Below, one piece after another: positions 42,038-50,868 of a DNA stretch of 64,000 nt. Position 1 is the first letter of the stretch, and the number at the start of each line of letters is the position of its first letter. The notes below the pieces were generated by a model that was not told where the DNA came from, ran no database searches, and worked only from the letters and a program-made list of their open reading frames with translations. This DNA is from Euryarchaeota archaeon UBA557 (GTDB lineage: Archaea; Thermoplasmatota; Poseidoniia; Poseidoniales; Thalassarchaeaceae), in assembly GCA_002503285.1 (NCBI GenBank), contig DARI01000009.1:9049-73048 (forward strand), written 5' to 3'. Both the position numbers and the translations under genes were made by a program.

Positions 42038-42193
42038 TTTCTCTACTCTTTTTCGGATTTACAAATAAGATTTATTTAACCTTCTTATTGATACCATTAG
42101 ATATTAATACATAAATGTTTTATTAAAATTTTTTATTTTTGAAATATACAACTTACCCGTGAAATTAAAATTAGTAGGCCCTGAGCGCTACAC

Positions 42194-42955
42194 ATGGATG
42201 ACAGCACAAGCTCAGGTTATCCACTAATTTTACATCAAGGAGCAGATCCTTCAAAATTAGGTGGCGTAGCAATATGTGGATTCTCAACGGTTGGATCAGT
42301 TGGCGTAATAGCAACTTCTCATTTGATAAAATCATTTAATTTACAACCCATGGGGACAGTTATGCATCCAAAATTTCCGGCAATTGCATTAATTCATGAC
42401 TCGGTACCTAAACATCCAGTTAGAGTTTATCAAGGAGAAAAAATTGGAGTATTTACTTCTGAAATACAATTTCCAAATGAGAATGATGTCTACTTTGGTC
42501 AAACAGTTTTAGAGTGGTTTACAAAAGGAGGATTCGAAAAATTGATTGTTATAGATGGTGTTGTTAGTAATGATTTAGGAATAAAAGAAGAAAGTGACCT
42601 TTGGGGAGTATCTTCAACTATGTCAGGTAGAAACAATTTAGATAACTCGAACATCAAAAGAATACAACAAGGTATAGTTTCTGGAATAGCAGGCTATCTC
42701 ATTGCAGAAGGAGAACGACAGGGATTGGATATTACAGCATTACTTTCAGAATGTAATCCTATGTATCCAGATGCGAGAGCGGCCCTAGTTGCAGTAGAGG
42801 GAGTAAGTGAATTATTGGATATGGAAATTCCCGTAAATAGTCTACTTGAAGATGCTCGTAATATTGAGGAAAAAGTTCGTGAAGCATTTACTAGGGCTAA
42901 TTCTATAGCATTACCAGCACCTGATTCAGATGAAGATGATGTATCAATGTACTAA
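42194..42955 (+). CDS. PAC2-family protein (proteasome assembly chaperone PbaA/PbaB-like), paralog 2
   Basis: 'VAICGFSTVGSVGVIATSHLIKSFNLQPMG' and 'PVRVY' are PAC2-type blocks. The organisation is similar to 32219-33076. Confidence 0.7.
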   Translation: MDDSTSSGYPLILHQGADPSKLGGVAICGFSTVGSVGVIATSHLIKSFNLQPMGTVMHPKFPAIALIHDSVPKHPVRVYQGEKIGVFTSEIQFPNENDVYFGQTVLEWFTKGGFEKLIVIDGVVSNDLGIKEESDLWGVSSTMSGRNNLDNSNIKRIQQGIVSGIAGYLIAEGERQGLDITALLSECNPMYPDARAALVAVEGVSELLDMEIPVNSLLEDARNIEEKVREAFTRANSIALPAPDSDEDDVSMY

Positions 42956-43528
42956 TCAATAGAATGGATTTGTACCAGCAGTGTGATCAGTAATATCAAC
43001 AACTTCAATAATTCCAGGAACTTTATCTTTAATCATAACTTCTACGCCTTGCTTTAATGTAACATCAACCATTCCGCACCCTTGGCATCCTCCTCCAAAA
43101 GAAATTATTGCTTTACCTTCATCTACTCCAATTAAGTTTACATGACCGCCATGTGATGCAACTGCAGGATTAACCTCTTCAGATATTATTTCAGCAACTG
43201 CTTTCGATAAATCATCCACCCATAATGGATTGGGGTTATCAAAACTAAATCCCCCTCCCATCAAGGTTTCTTTGTAATCTATGGTAGTCCCTTCGAGATA
43301 TATTTTACTTTTTGCGGCAACTAATACGTCCATACCATCTATTTTAAGAGAAATATCGTCATCTTTTCCTTCTTCCGAATTTACTAACTGCAAATCGTAT
43401 TGAAATCCTTTAGGGCCTCTTCCAATAATTTCTATCCTTAGAACTAATTGTTCAGAATCATCTGAATTTGTTGCAAATTGATCAAGCATTTCACGTGCCT
43501 TTGAACTAATCGACAGCATATCTCTCAC
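42956..43528 (-). CDS. nfuA: NfuA-type Fe-S cluster carrier (degenerate A-type N-domain plus Nfu C-domain)
   Basis: 'INPAVASHGGHVNLIGVDEGKAIISFGGGCQGCGMVDVTLKQGVE' closely parallels E. coli NfuA 'INPQLAGHGGRVSLMEI...[20 protein letters not shown]'. 190 aa. Confidence 0.85.
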   Translation of the reverse strand: MRDMLSISSKAREMLDQFATNSDDSEQLVLRIEIIGRGPKGFQYDLQLVNSEEGKDDDISLKIDGMDVLVAAKSKIYLEGTTIDYKETLMGGGFSFDNPNPLWVDDLSKAVAEIISEEVNPAVASHGGHVNLIGVDEGKAIISFGGGCQGCGMVDVTLKQGVEVMIKDKVPGIIEVVDITDHTAGTNPFY

Positions 43529-43574
43529 CTTACCCTATCACGCAACCTCTATTCAACCTGTTCAATATTTGTTT

Positions 43575-43802
43575 TCACGACGATACAAAACTTTCTCTGA
43601 CAATTCCCCATTCTAGATTAGCCCATCCTCTTTCATGTAAATAATATAAAAAGACTTTAGTAACTATTTCAATTCCTCCTATTGCAATTCCTGCCCCCCA
43701 ACTTCCGGTAATCAATCTTGCAATAATTACTGTATCAGTAGTGGCCAAAATTCTCCAAGTCATTGTTTTTGCAAAACTTCTTTTTCGAGTTGCGTGGTCC
43801 AT
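43575..43802 (-). CDS. small membrane protein, DUF2061-like
   Basis: 'RSFAKTMTWRILATTDTVIIA' pattern. 75 aa. Confidence 0.55.
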   Translation of the reverse strand: MDHATRKRSFAKTMTWRILATTDTVIIARLITGSWGAGIAIGGIEIVTKVFLYYLHERGWANLEWGIVRESFVSS

Positions 43803-43922
43803 GCACGGTGCTATGATGATTCTGATTTTACCTTTTATATTTAATACAATAAATATATTAATTTATATAATTTTTATAATTCTTAACATAATACTCATCA
43901 TCTCTTGCCTACACGTATCGAT

Positions 43923-44921
43923 ATGCTGGTCGACAAACATGGCAGGCAATTGAAAGATTTACGAATATCTGTAACTGATAGATGTAATTTCAGATGTAGA
44001 TATTGTATGCCTAGGGAAAAATTTGGCTCTAACCATGCATTTATGCCCCGAAGGGCTTTTCTTTCTTTTGAAGAAATAGAAAAAGTTGTCATATCTTGCA
44101 AAGAATTAGGATTAGAGAAGGTAAGAATAACTGGAGGAGAGCCGTTACTAAGGCCAAAACTTCATGAATTAATAAAAAAACTCTCTAAGTTAAATTTAGA
44201 TATTGCATTAACTACTAATGGTTCTTTATTACGTAAGCATGCCAAAGACCTAGCTGCAGCGGGACTAAATAGAGTCACAATAAGTTTAGATGCATTGAGC
44301 CAGGAAATACATACTAAAATGACAGACAGTCAAACATCTATTGAAACAATTCTTGATGGAATAGATGCAGCAATTGAGTTTGGATTAACTCCGGTTAAGG
44401 TAAATTGTGTAGTTCAAAAAGGAGTCAATGAAGCAGAAGTCAAAAAATTAGTATCGCACTTTCAAGGTACTGATGTCATAGTCCGATTCATTGAATATAT
44501 GGATGTAGGATGTACAAATGATTGGATGCTTGGACAAGTTATTCCATCAAAAGATTTATTGAAATATCTTCAAAAAGATTTTGACTTAATCCCAATAAAC
44601 TCAATTTCTTCAAGCGATGTAGCAAAACGATGGATGCATTCTGATAATTCAGGAGAAATTGGAGTTATTTCTTCAGTTTCTAATCCATTCTGTGGTGATT
44701 GTGTTCGTGCTAGGCTTTCAGCGAATGGATATTTGCATACTTGTTTATTTGCATCTGGTGGCCATGATTTAAGGGCCATAATTCATAACTCTGAAAATAT
44801 AACAACTTTGACAAATGCAATCAAGGCCATCTGGGCAAGAAGAGATGATAGATACAGTGAACAAAGATCAACTGGAAATTCTGCATTACCTAGAATTGAA
44901 ATGTCCTATATAGGCGGATGA
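43923..44921 (+). CDS. moaA: GTP 3',8-cyclase MoaA (radical SAM, molybdenum cofactor biosynthesis)
   Basis: 'LRISVTDRCNFRCRYCMP' and 'ITGGEPLLR'. C-terminal 'FCGDCVRARLSANG' second cluster. ATG at 43923 preferred over the TTG at 43905. Confidence 0.92.
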   Translation: MLVDKHGRQLKDLRISVTDRCNFRCRYCMPREKFGSNHAFMPRRAFLSFEEIEKVVISCKELGLEKVRITGGEPLLRPKLHELIKKLSKLNLDIALTTNGSLLRKHAKDLAAAGLNRVTISLDALSQEIHTKMTDSQTSIETILDGIDAAIEFGLTPVKVNCVVQKGVNEAEVKKLVSHFQGTDVIVRFIEYMDVGCTNDWMLGQVIPSKDLLKYLQKDFDLIPINSISSSDVAKRWMHSDNSGEIGVISSVSNPFCGDCVRARLSANGYLHTCLFASGGHDLRAIIHNSENITTLTNAIKAIWARRDDRYSEQRSTGNSALPRIEMSYIGG

Positions 44922-46240
44922 ACCTCTAAAGCTAATTTTATAATCACATCCCAAGGGGCATCTGTTCTTATCGATGGTTTTTTCCCATAATTGGCCAGAC
45001 CTGCCGCATAACCATTATTTCTCAATAAATCTACTAGTTTTTTAGGACTAGGAGGTGATCCAATTTCCAACCAACTGGATAAGTAATCGACTAGAATATG
45101 ATGTGGAGTTTCTATTCCATTAGCTTCATCGGATAAATTTTTAACACTTTTTACAATTCTTCTTCTTTCATATTCAAAATCTTTCTCCGACCATCCAAGA
45201 TAATCATCTTTACAATCGATTGGTGCACACATTTCAATAGCCCGTTCTTCTGTCATAAAAGCTAAAACATCCTTTTTCCCCATTTTTCCAATCCATAAGG
45301 GCCCTGATATTCTTTTATCATTTCTTTCAATCGGATGAGAAAGGGGCAGAAAACAATCCATTGGTAAGATTTCTAGTGAGGTATCTGGTTGAAGTCCAAT
45401 CTTTATAGAGGCTTTAACTTCCTCAATTGTGGGTGAATAAATTCTCCATCCAATTGACTCCTCAACTCTATTTGCATTTTCAATACTCCTAATTACTCTT
45501 ACAGAAACTCTTAGATGATGTGAATCCCAAACTGACATCAATGGTTCAATCGATCTTTCATGCCTCGCAGCGCTCCTGGCAACATTGGCCAATAAAACTC
45601 TAAGAGCAGAATCATGAGCCAAACCATCATTTCTTACTCTGGCTCCATAACGTCTTAATAGGGCATTTTTTGACGATCCTGTTAGTGCGGCGGTATCAGT
45701 TGCACTTACTTCTAAAACTCCTCTACGAGCTATTGATTGTATTGCTGTATCTATGAAAGGTACTGGAGATCCATATGGATCTATATCTACCCAATGCCAA
45801 CCTTGTTCTAATATCGACGCTCGTAAATCTCCTCTTATGGTTTTTAATTTTCCACCTTTATTGTTAGGAGGAAACTCTTCATGATTCCTCAGAGCTAATT
45901 TTAGTGCTTCCGGATCCATATCGATAATAGTCGCATTTATTCTTTTGGATGACTCTGGTGGTAATTCATTTAACCACCTTCTTGCTCTTAATCCTGTAGC
46001 AGAAAGACCATCTAAAGCATATATTTCGCCATTTCCTAACAAATTATTTTCAATTGCATATTGCATTAACAATACACTTCTAGTTCTACTTCTGTTCATT
46101 GCTGGATTGTAGAAAACTAATGATTCACCTTTAATTGCTGGCCCAACTCTAGTTTCATTCGGTTTAACATCTAACTTCATTAGAGTTTTACCTTCTCTGT
46201 GTACAAACGTATCCAGTGTCTCGGAGGTATGCACAACCAT
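44906..46240 (-). CDS. trm1: tRNA (guanine26-N2)-dimethyltransferase Trm1
   Basis: 'VFYNPAMNRSRTRSVL', 'ALDGLSATGLRARRW' and 'VDIDPYGSPVPFIDTAI'. Confidence 0.88.
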   Translation of the reverse strand: MVVHTSETLDTFVHREGKTLMKLDVKPNETRVGPAIKGESLVFYNPAMNRSRTRSVLLMQYAIENNLLGNGEIYALDGLSATGLRARRWLNELPPESSKRINATIIDMDPEALKLALRNHEEFPPNNKGGKLKTIRGDLRASILEQGWHWVDIDPYGSPVPFIDTAIQSIARRGVLEVSATDTAALTGSSKNALLRRYGARVRNDGLAHDSALRVLLANVARSAARHERSIEPLMSVWDSHHLRVSVRVIRSIENANRVEESIGWRIYSPTIEEVKASIKIGLQPDTSLEILPMDCFLPLSHPIERNDKRISGPLWIGKMGKKDVLAFMTEERAIEMCAPIDCKDDYLGWSEKDFEYERRRIVKSVKNLSDEANGIETPHHILVDYLSSWLEIGSPPSPKKLVDLLRNNGYAAGLANYGKKPSIRTDAPWDVIIKLALEVHPPI

Positions 46241-46287
46241 GCCTCTCGGAACTACTACTCACAAAAGGTTCTGACGATTAGCATTAT

Positions 46288-47439
46288 TCAATAGTGCTCG
46301 AAAATAACTTTAGGATCAATATGCGTGACTCTGTGACCATTATCATTTACGATACCTATAATTTTACATCCAGATAACCTATTATTTAACCAATTTAGAA
46401 CTTCTTGAGCATAATTAGGAGATACAGCAAGTACCATTCCAAGGCCCATATTAAATGTTCTATGCATTTCTTTATTACTAATTGATCCAACTTCTGATAT
46501 CCACTTGAATTCTGGAGGAATAGGCATGGGCTGAGTGATATTCCAGCCTAATGAGTCATGTAATCTTAGTAAATTAGACAAACCACCTCCTGTGATATGT
46601 GCCAATGCTTTCAAGTTAGATGAACTACATGGGCCGTCTTCGCCCCTACATGATAATATTAAATCAATTATCGGATCTACATAAATTCTAGTGGGATTAA
46701 GTAATACTTCTCCAATGCATAAATCACCTGTTGAATTAGGAAATCTTTCAATTTCTCTACCTTTATGTGAAGCATCAAATGGAGTAACATCATTAAGTTG
46801 TAAACCAGATCTTTCCAACACTGCTCTTACTAAGGTGTATCCGTTAGAATGAATGCCACTACTTGGTAAACCAATTAAAACATCATCAACTTTCAGATTT
46901 TCACCAGTTATTGCTGCGCCTTTGGGAAACCATCCTAGTGCCGTCCCAGACATATCTAATTCATTTACAATCCCAGGTAATGTTGCAGTTTCTCCTCCTG
47001 CAAGAGTTATTCTTGATCTTCTACAAGCTTCTGATAATGAGGCACCTAGAATTGCATGAACTCCTGGATCAGTTTTTGGAACGGCTATGTAGTCAACAAA
47101 TGCAAGCGGTTCTGCCCCTACACACAGCAAATCATTGACATTCATAGCTACACAATCTATGCCTACTCCCTCCCATCTTCTAATTTCATTAGCTATTTGG
47201 AGTTTAGAGCCAACTCCATCAGTTGCTAGCGCAAGTCTCGAATCTCCAAATTCTATAATCCCTCCAAATCCACCTGGTAAATCTACTGGAGCACCCTTTT
47301 GTCCACTTTTTCTCGTGGATGAACTTAGTGCTGAAATTAAACTAGAAACGGCCAGTCCTTCTGCATCTATGTCTACTCCGCTCGATGCATAATCCATAGG
47401 CTTAGACGAATCCACGCCCCGGCGAGTGACTGACATCAT
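46288..47439 (-). CDS. purM: phosphoribosylformylglycinamidine cyclo-ligase (AIR synthetase)
   Basis: 'YASSGVDIDAEG', 'LATDGVGSKL', 'DCVAMNVNDLLCVGAEPL', 'LAGGETA' and 'HSNGYTL'. Confidence 0.93.
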   Translation of the reverse strand: MMSVTRRGVDSSKPMDYASSGVDIDAEGLAVSSLISALSSSTRKSGQKGAPVDLPGGFGGIIEFGDSRLALATDGVGSKLQIANEIRRWEGVGIDCVAMNVNDLLCVGAEPLAFVDYIAVPKTDPGVHAILGASLSEACRRSRITLAGGETATLPGIVNELDMSGTALGWFPKGAAITGENLKVDDVLIGLPSSGIHSNGYTLVRAVLERSGLQLNDVTPFDASHKGREIERFPNSTGDLCIGEVLLNPTRIYVDPIIDLILSCRGEDGPCSSSNLKALAHITGGGLSNLLRLHDSLGWNITQPMPIPPEFKWISEVGSISNKEMHRTFNMGLGMVLAVSPNYAQEVLNWLNNRLSGCKIIGIVNDNGHRVTHIDPKVIFEHY

Positions 47440-47589
47440 ATCATATTCTCGGATTTAGATATCATTTGTAAAAAAGTTAGTTTTTATATGCTATTGCTAA
47501 CTTAATTTACTATAGTATATAAAATATTTAGATGATAGAGTCTATATATGTTACACATTCTCGGCCGGCCACGGAGTGTGTTTAACACA

Positions 47590-50500
47590 ATGAATAATAA
47601 TAAAATAATTGCAATGATGATGACATTGAGTATGCTTGCAGCAGCGTTTGCAGGATGTCTCGGTGGAGATGATGAAGAAGATGTTGAAGATTGGACATTA
47701 ATGGTCGCTAGCGACGTTAATGCTGAATTTGTAACATCTGATTGGGACCCAATAATTCCCAATTTGAACGCCGCGACTGGAATGTGTGATGCAATTCTTT
47801 CGTCTATGACAATAACTGACGCAAGAGAAGAAGTTGTCGATTTCACACGTGCTTACTACACAAGTGCCCAGGGAGTCATTGGAGCTAGCGGATCTGCTGC
47901 TATCACTGATGTTTCCGAGTTGAATATGGCTGGTACTACTGTAGCAGTACAATCAGGAACAACTTCTGACCTTTATGCAGCTGATAATCTAGCAGCAGCT
48001 ACAATTCAAGCATATGCAGACTGGCCATCAGTTATGGCTGCTGTTGCAGATGGAACAGCGCACTATGCTATTGGTGATGCACCTGTTGTAGCTCTTCAAG
48101 GAACATTGTTAACTACTTTCTCACCTGAGAATTTTGGTATAGCAGTTCGTGACGAGGCTGATAATGAATTGGAAGATGCTCTTAACGTTGCCATTACTGC
48201 TATAGTTGCAAATGGTGAAGAGGCTGCTATCTTTGCTGCTTGGTTCCCAGGCGATCCAAATACATTAGTGGATACTTCAACTGCTTCAACAGCAACTGCT
48301 TATCCAACTCCTACTGAAGGAAGCACACTAACTATGATTTTAGAATCTGGATCATTAAAATTCTGCTCAGATACGACATACCCTCCTTTTGAGAGTATAG
48401 ACTCTAATGGGAATGCTGTTGGTTTCAGTGTAGACATGGGTCATGCAATCGTTGACGAAATAGCTGAACACTATGCTAATGTAGCAGATACAACTGTTCT
48501 AGGATGTACTGACATGGATGCTTCAAACTATGATGCAACTGCTAACCTAGACGACGGAAGTTGTATTGAAGATACTATAGTCAAAATTGGTTTCTTGAAT
48601 CCTATCACAGGAGGAATATCACAATTCGCTCCTGCATTTACATATGCAGCAGCAGCAGCAGCTAGTGACTTGAATACAAATAATGACGGATATACTTTTG
48701 AAATTGTTACAGCAGATTCAGGATGCGATGGTACAGTAGCAGCAGCAGCAGCTCAAACATTAATTGATGCTGGCGTAGTTGCAGTAGCCGGAGCAGCATG
48801 TTCTGGTGCTTCAATGGCAGCAAATGCAGTACTTTCTGCAGCCGGAGTTCCAATGATCTCCTATGCAAGTACAAGCCCATCATTAACTGACTCAACTGCA
48901 TACCCTCATTTCTATCGTGTAGTTCCTAGTGATGCAATCCAAGGCCAAGCAATGAACGCTATGGTTGCTTCAACAGGAGTTACAAATCCTGCTTTAATCC
49001 ATATGACTAACTCCTATGGTGCAGGTCTAGCCGATTCATTTGAATCAAATTGGGGTACAGAAAATCTATGTACAAAGATAGGATATGATGAAACTGCAAC
49101 TTCTGATTTCTCAGGAGCAGTTCTAGCAGTTGTTGACGCTGGATGCGATTCAGTAGTTCTAGCATCTTATTCTACAGATGGTGCAATGATTATCGAAACT
49201 ATGGCAGTTATGGGGGCAACTCTTCCTATATTTGGTGCTGATGGTATCGCTGGTGAAGCAGCATTAAACGATTATACAGAATCTGCAGTAGCTAACGGTG
49301 TTATGGCAACTAAGCCAAAAGCAGCAGTTGGCGCAGGTACTTTCTCTGCAGATTGTGCAGCAGATACAGTATGTTCAGCTGGTATATACCAATCTGAAGT
49401 ATATGATTCAGTTATGATGATTGGAGCAGCTGCTTTGATGGAAGATGGTGCAAATATGGGTATGCATATTCCTATGGTTGCAACTGCTTCAAGTCCATAT
49501 GCCGGTGCAAGTGGATCTCATCAATTCTTAGAAAATGGTGATGTTGCTGGTGCAGGTTACGATGTGTGTATGTTCGCTCACGTACCAACATACGGCGATT
49601 ACTTCAATTGTCAAATGGTATGGACTGCAACTGGTGGCCTCGAAGCAGCATCATTCATGGGACAAACCGTTAAGATTGGTTTCTTGAATGATGCAACTGG
49701 AGCTATCGCAGTGTATGCAGATGGTTTCGTAGCAGCATCTCAAATTGCTCTTCAAATTGCAAATACTATCGGATGGAACAGTATGGTTCAATTCGAACTA
49801 GTTTACGCTGATTCCGGTTGTGATGGAACAGCAGGCGGTACTGCAGCTCAATCATTAATTGATGCAGGTGTAGTTGGTGTAGTTGGAGCAGCATGCTCCG
49901 GTGCAACAATGGGTGCTAATGCAGTATTATCTGCAGTAGGAATCCCAATGATCTCCTATGCAAGCACGAGCCCAGCATTAACTGATGCGACTGCTTACCC
50001 TGATTTCTTCCGTGTTGTGCCAAGCGATGCCCTACAAGGCCAAGCTCTCAATGCAGTAGTTGCAGCTGACATGCCAGCAGATGAAACAGTAGCTCTAGTC
50101 CACATGACTAACAGCTATGGTTCCGGATTAGCTGATTCTTTTGCTGCTGCTTATACAGCATCTGGTAACACACTATGTACACAAATCGGATATGAAGAGA
50201 CTGCTACTGATTTCCAGTCAGCTGTAGCAGCTGTTATGGAAAACGGATGTACTTCAGTTGTATTAGTATCATATGCTGCCGATGGTGCAATGATAGTTGA
50301 TGAGATGGCTCTCCAAGGATTCACTGGTCAAATTTATGGTGGAGATGGAGTTGCTGAAGAAGGACTAGCAGCAGATGCAACATCCACTGTTAATGGAATT
50401 ATCGCAACTAAACCATCATCAGGAACTATGGGTACAGTTGGATATGTATTCGCAAGTCTATGTGGTGCAAATGAAGCATGTGCTGGTGGTATCTATACTG

Positions 50501-50763
50501 CTGAAGCATTTGATTCAGTTGTAGTAATGGCTTTATCGGCATTCGCACAGATGGCATCACCAGGTGCATCTCTAAGCCAAGTTATTATGGCTACAGGACA
50601 AGGCGTCGAAGGTGCTAGTGGAGATATTACTTTCCTAGCAAACGGAGATGTACCAGGAGCAGGATATTGTGTAGGTGTTTTCACTGAATCTGCAGATGCA
50701 GTTTCATTTGATTGCACACGTACATGGGACCCAGCAAATGGTCTAGTAGATGTTACAGCTTAA
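47590..50763 (+). CDS. chimeric multi-domain ABC substrate-binding lipoprotein (SBP3-like module, Cys-flanked short module, two LivJ/Peripla_BP_6-like modules)
   Basis: Lipobox-like 'AAFAGCLGG'. SBP3 blocks 'DWDPIIPNL..DAILSSMTITDAREEVVDFTRAYY'. Two copies of 'VKIGFLN...DSGCDGT...GAACSGA.M.ANAVLSA.G.PMISYASTSP.LTD..AYP.F.RVVPSDA.QGQA'. Confidence 0.85.
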   Translation: MNNNKIIAMMMTLSMLAAAFAGCLGGDDEEDVEDWTLMVASDVNAEFVTSDWDPIIPNLNAATGMCDAILSSMTITDAREEVVDFTRAYYTSAQGVIGASGSAAITDVSELNMAGTTVAVQSGTTSDLYAADNLAAATIQAYADWPSVMAAVADGTAHYAIGDAPVVALQGTLLTTFSPENFGIAVRDEADNELEDALNVAITAIVANGEEAAIFAAWFPGDPNTLVDTSTASTATAYPTPTEGSTLTMILESGSLKFCSDTTYPPFESIDSNGNAVGFSVDMGHAIVDEIAEHYANVADTTVLGCTDMDASNYDATANLDDGSCIEDTIVKIGFLNPITGGISQFAPAFTYAAAAAASDLNTNNDGYTFEIVTADSGCDGTVAAAAAQTLIDAGVVAVAGAACSGASMAANAVLSAAGVPMISYASTSPSLTDSTAYPHFYRVVPSDAIQGQAMNAMVASTGVTNPALIHMTNSYGAGLADSFESNWGTENLCTKIGYDETATSDFSGAVLAVVDAGCDSVVLASYSTDGAMIIETMAVMGATLPIFGADGIAGEAALNDYTESAVANGVMATKPKAAVGAGTFSADCAADTVCSAGIYQSEVYDSVMMIGAAALMEDGANMGMHIPMVATASSPYAGASGSHQFLENGDVAGAGYDVCMFAHVPTYGDYFNCQMVWTATGGLEAASFMGQTVKIGFLNDATGAIAVYADGFVAASQIALQIANTIGWNSMVQFELVYADSGCDGTAGGTAAQSLIDAGVVGVVGAACSGATMGANAVLSAVGIPMISYASTSPALTDATAYPDFFRVVPSDALQGQALNAVVAADMPADETVALVHMTNSYGSGLADSFAAAYTASGNTLCTQIGYEETATDFQSAVAAVMENGCTSVVLVSYAADGAMIVDEMALQGFTGQIYGGDGVAEEGLAADATSTVNGIIATKPSSGTMGTVGYVFASLCGANEACAGGIYTAEAFDSVVVMALSAFAQMASPGASLSQVIMATGQGVEGASGDITFLANGDVPGAGYCVGVFTESADAVSFDCTRTWDPANGLVDVTA
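48577..50760 (+). repeat. intragenic tandem duplication of a LivJ-like binding module (copy 1 about 48577-49668, copy 2 about 49669-50760)
   Basis: Long collinear protein similarity between the two halves. An identical 20-mer 'ccaatgatctcctatgcaag' occurs at 48850-48869 and 49945-49964. Confidence 0.8.
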
Positions 50764-50800
50764 TTAAGAAATATTTTCTTAAATATTCTGTATACGTAAA

Positions 50801-50829
50801 GCAGTATGGCGGTTTTTCCGCCATACTGC
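50801..50829 (+). terminator. perfect 12-bp stem / 5-nt loop hairpin between the receptor and permease genes (attenuator or mRNA-stabiliser candidate)
   Basis: GCAGTATGGCGG-ttttt-CCGCCATACTGC. A weaker AT hairpin TTAAGAAA-tat-TTTCTTAA lies at 50764-50782. Confidence 0.6.
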
Positions 50830-50868
50830 CCTAATCTTTTTCAAAGTAATATATTGGTGTCACAAATA

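Noticed and set aside
47502-47846. 114-aa ORF on the minus strand spanning the receptor gene start
   Set aside because: It is antisense to the signal peptide and N-terminus of the ABC receptor, with a low-complexity Ser/Ile-rich translation.
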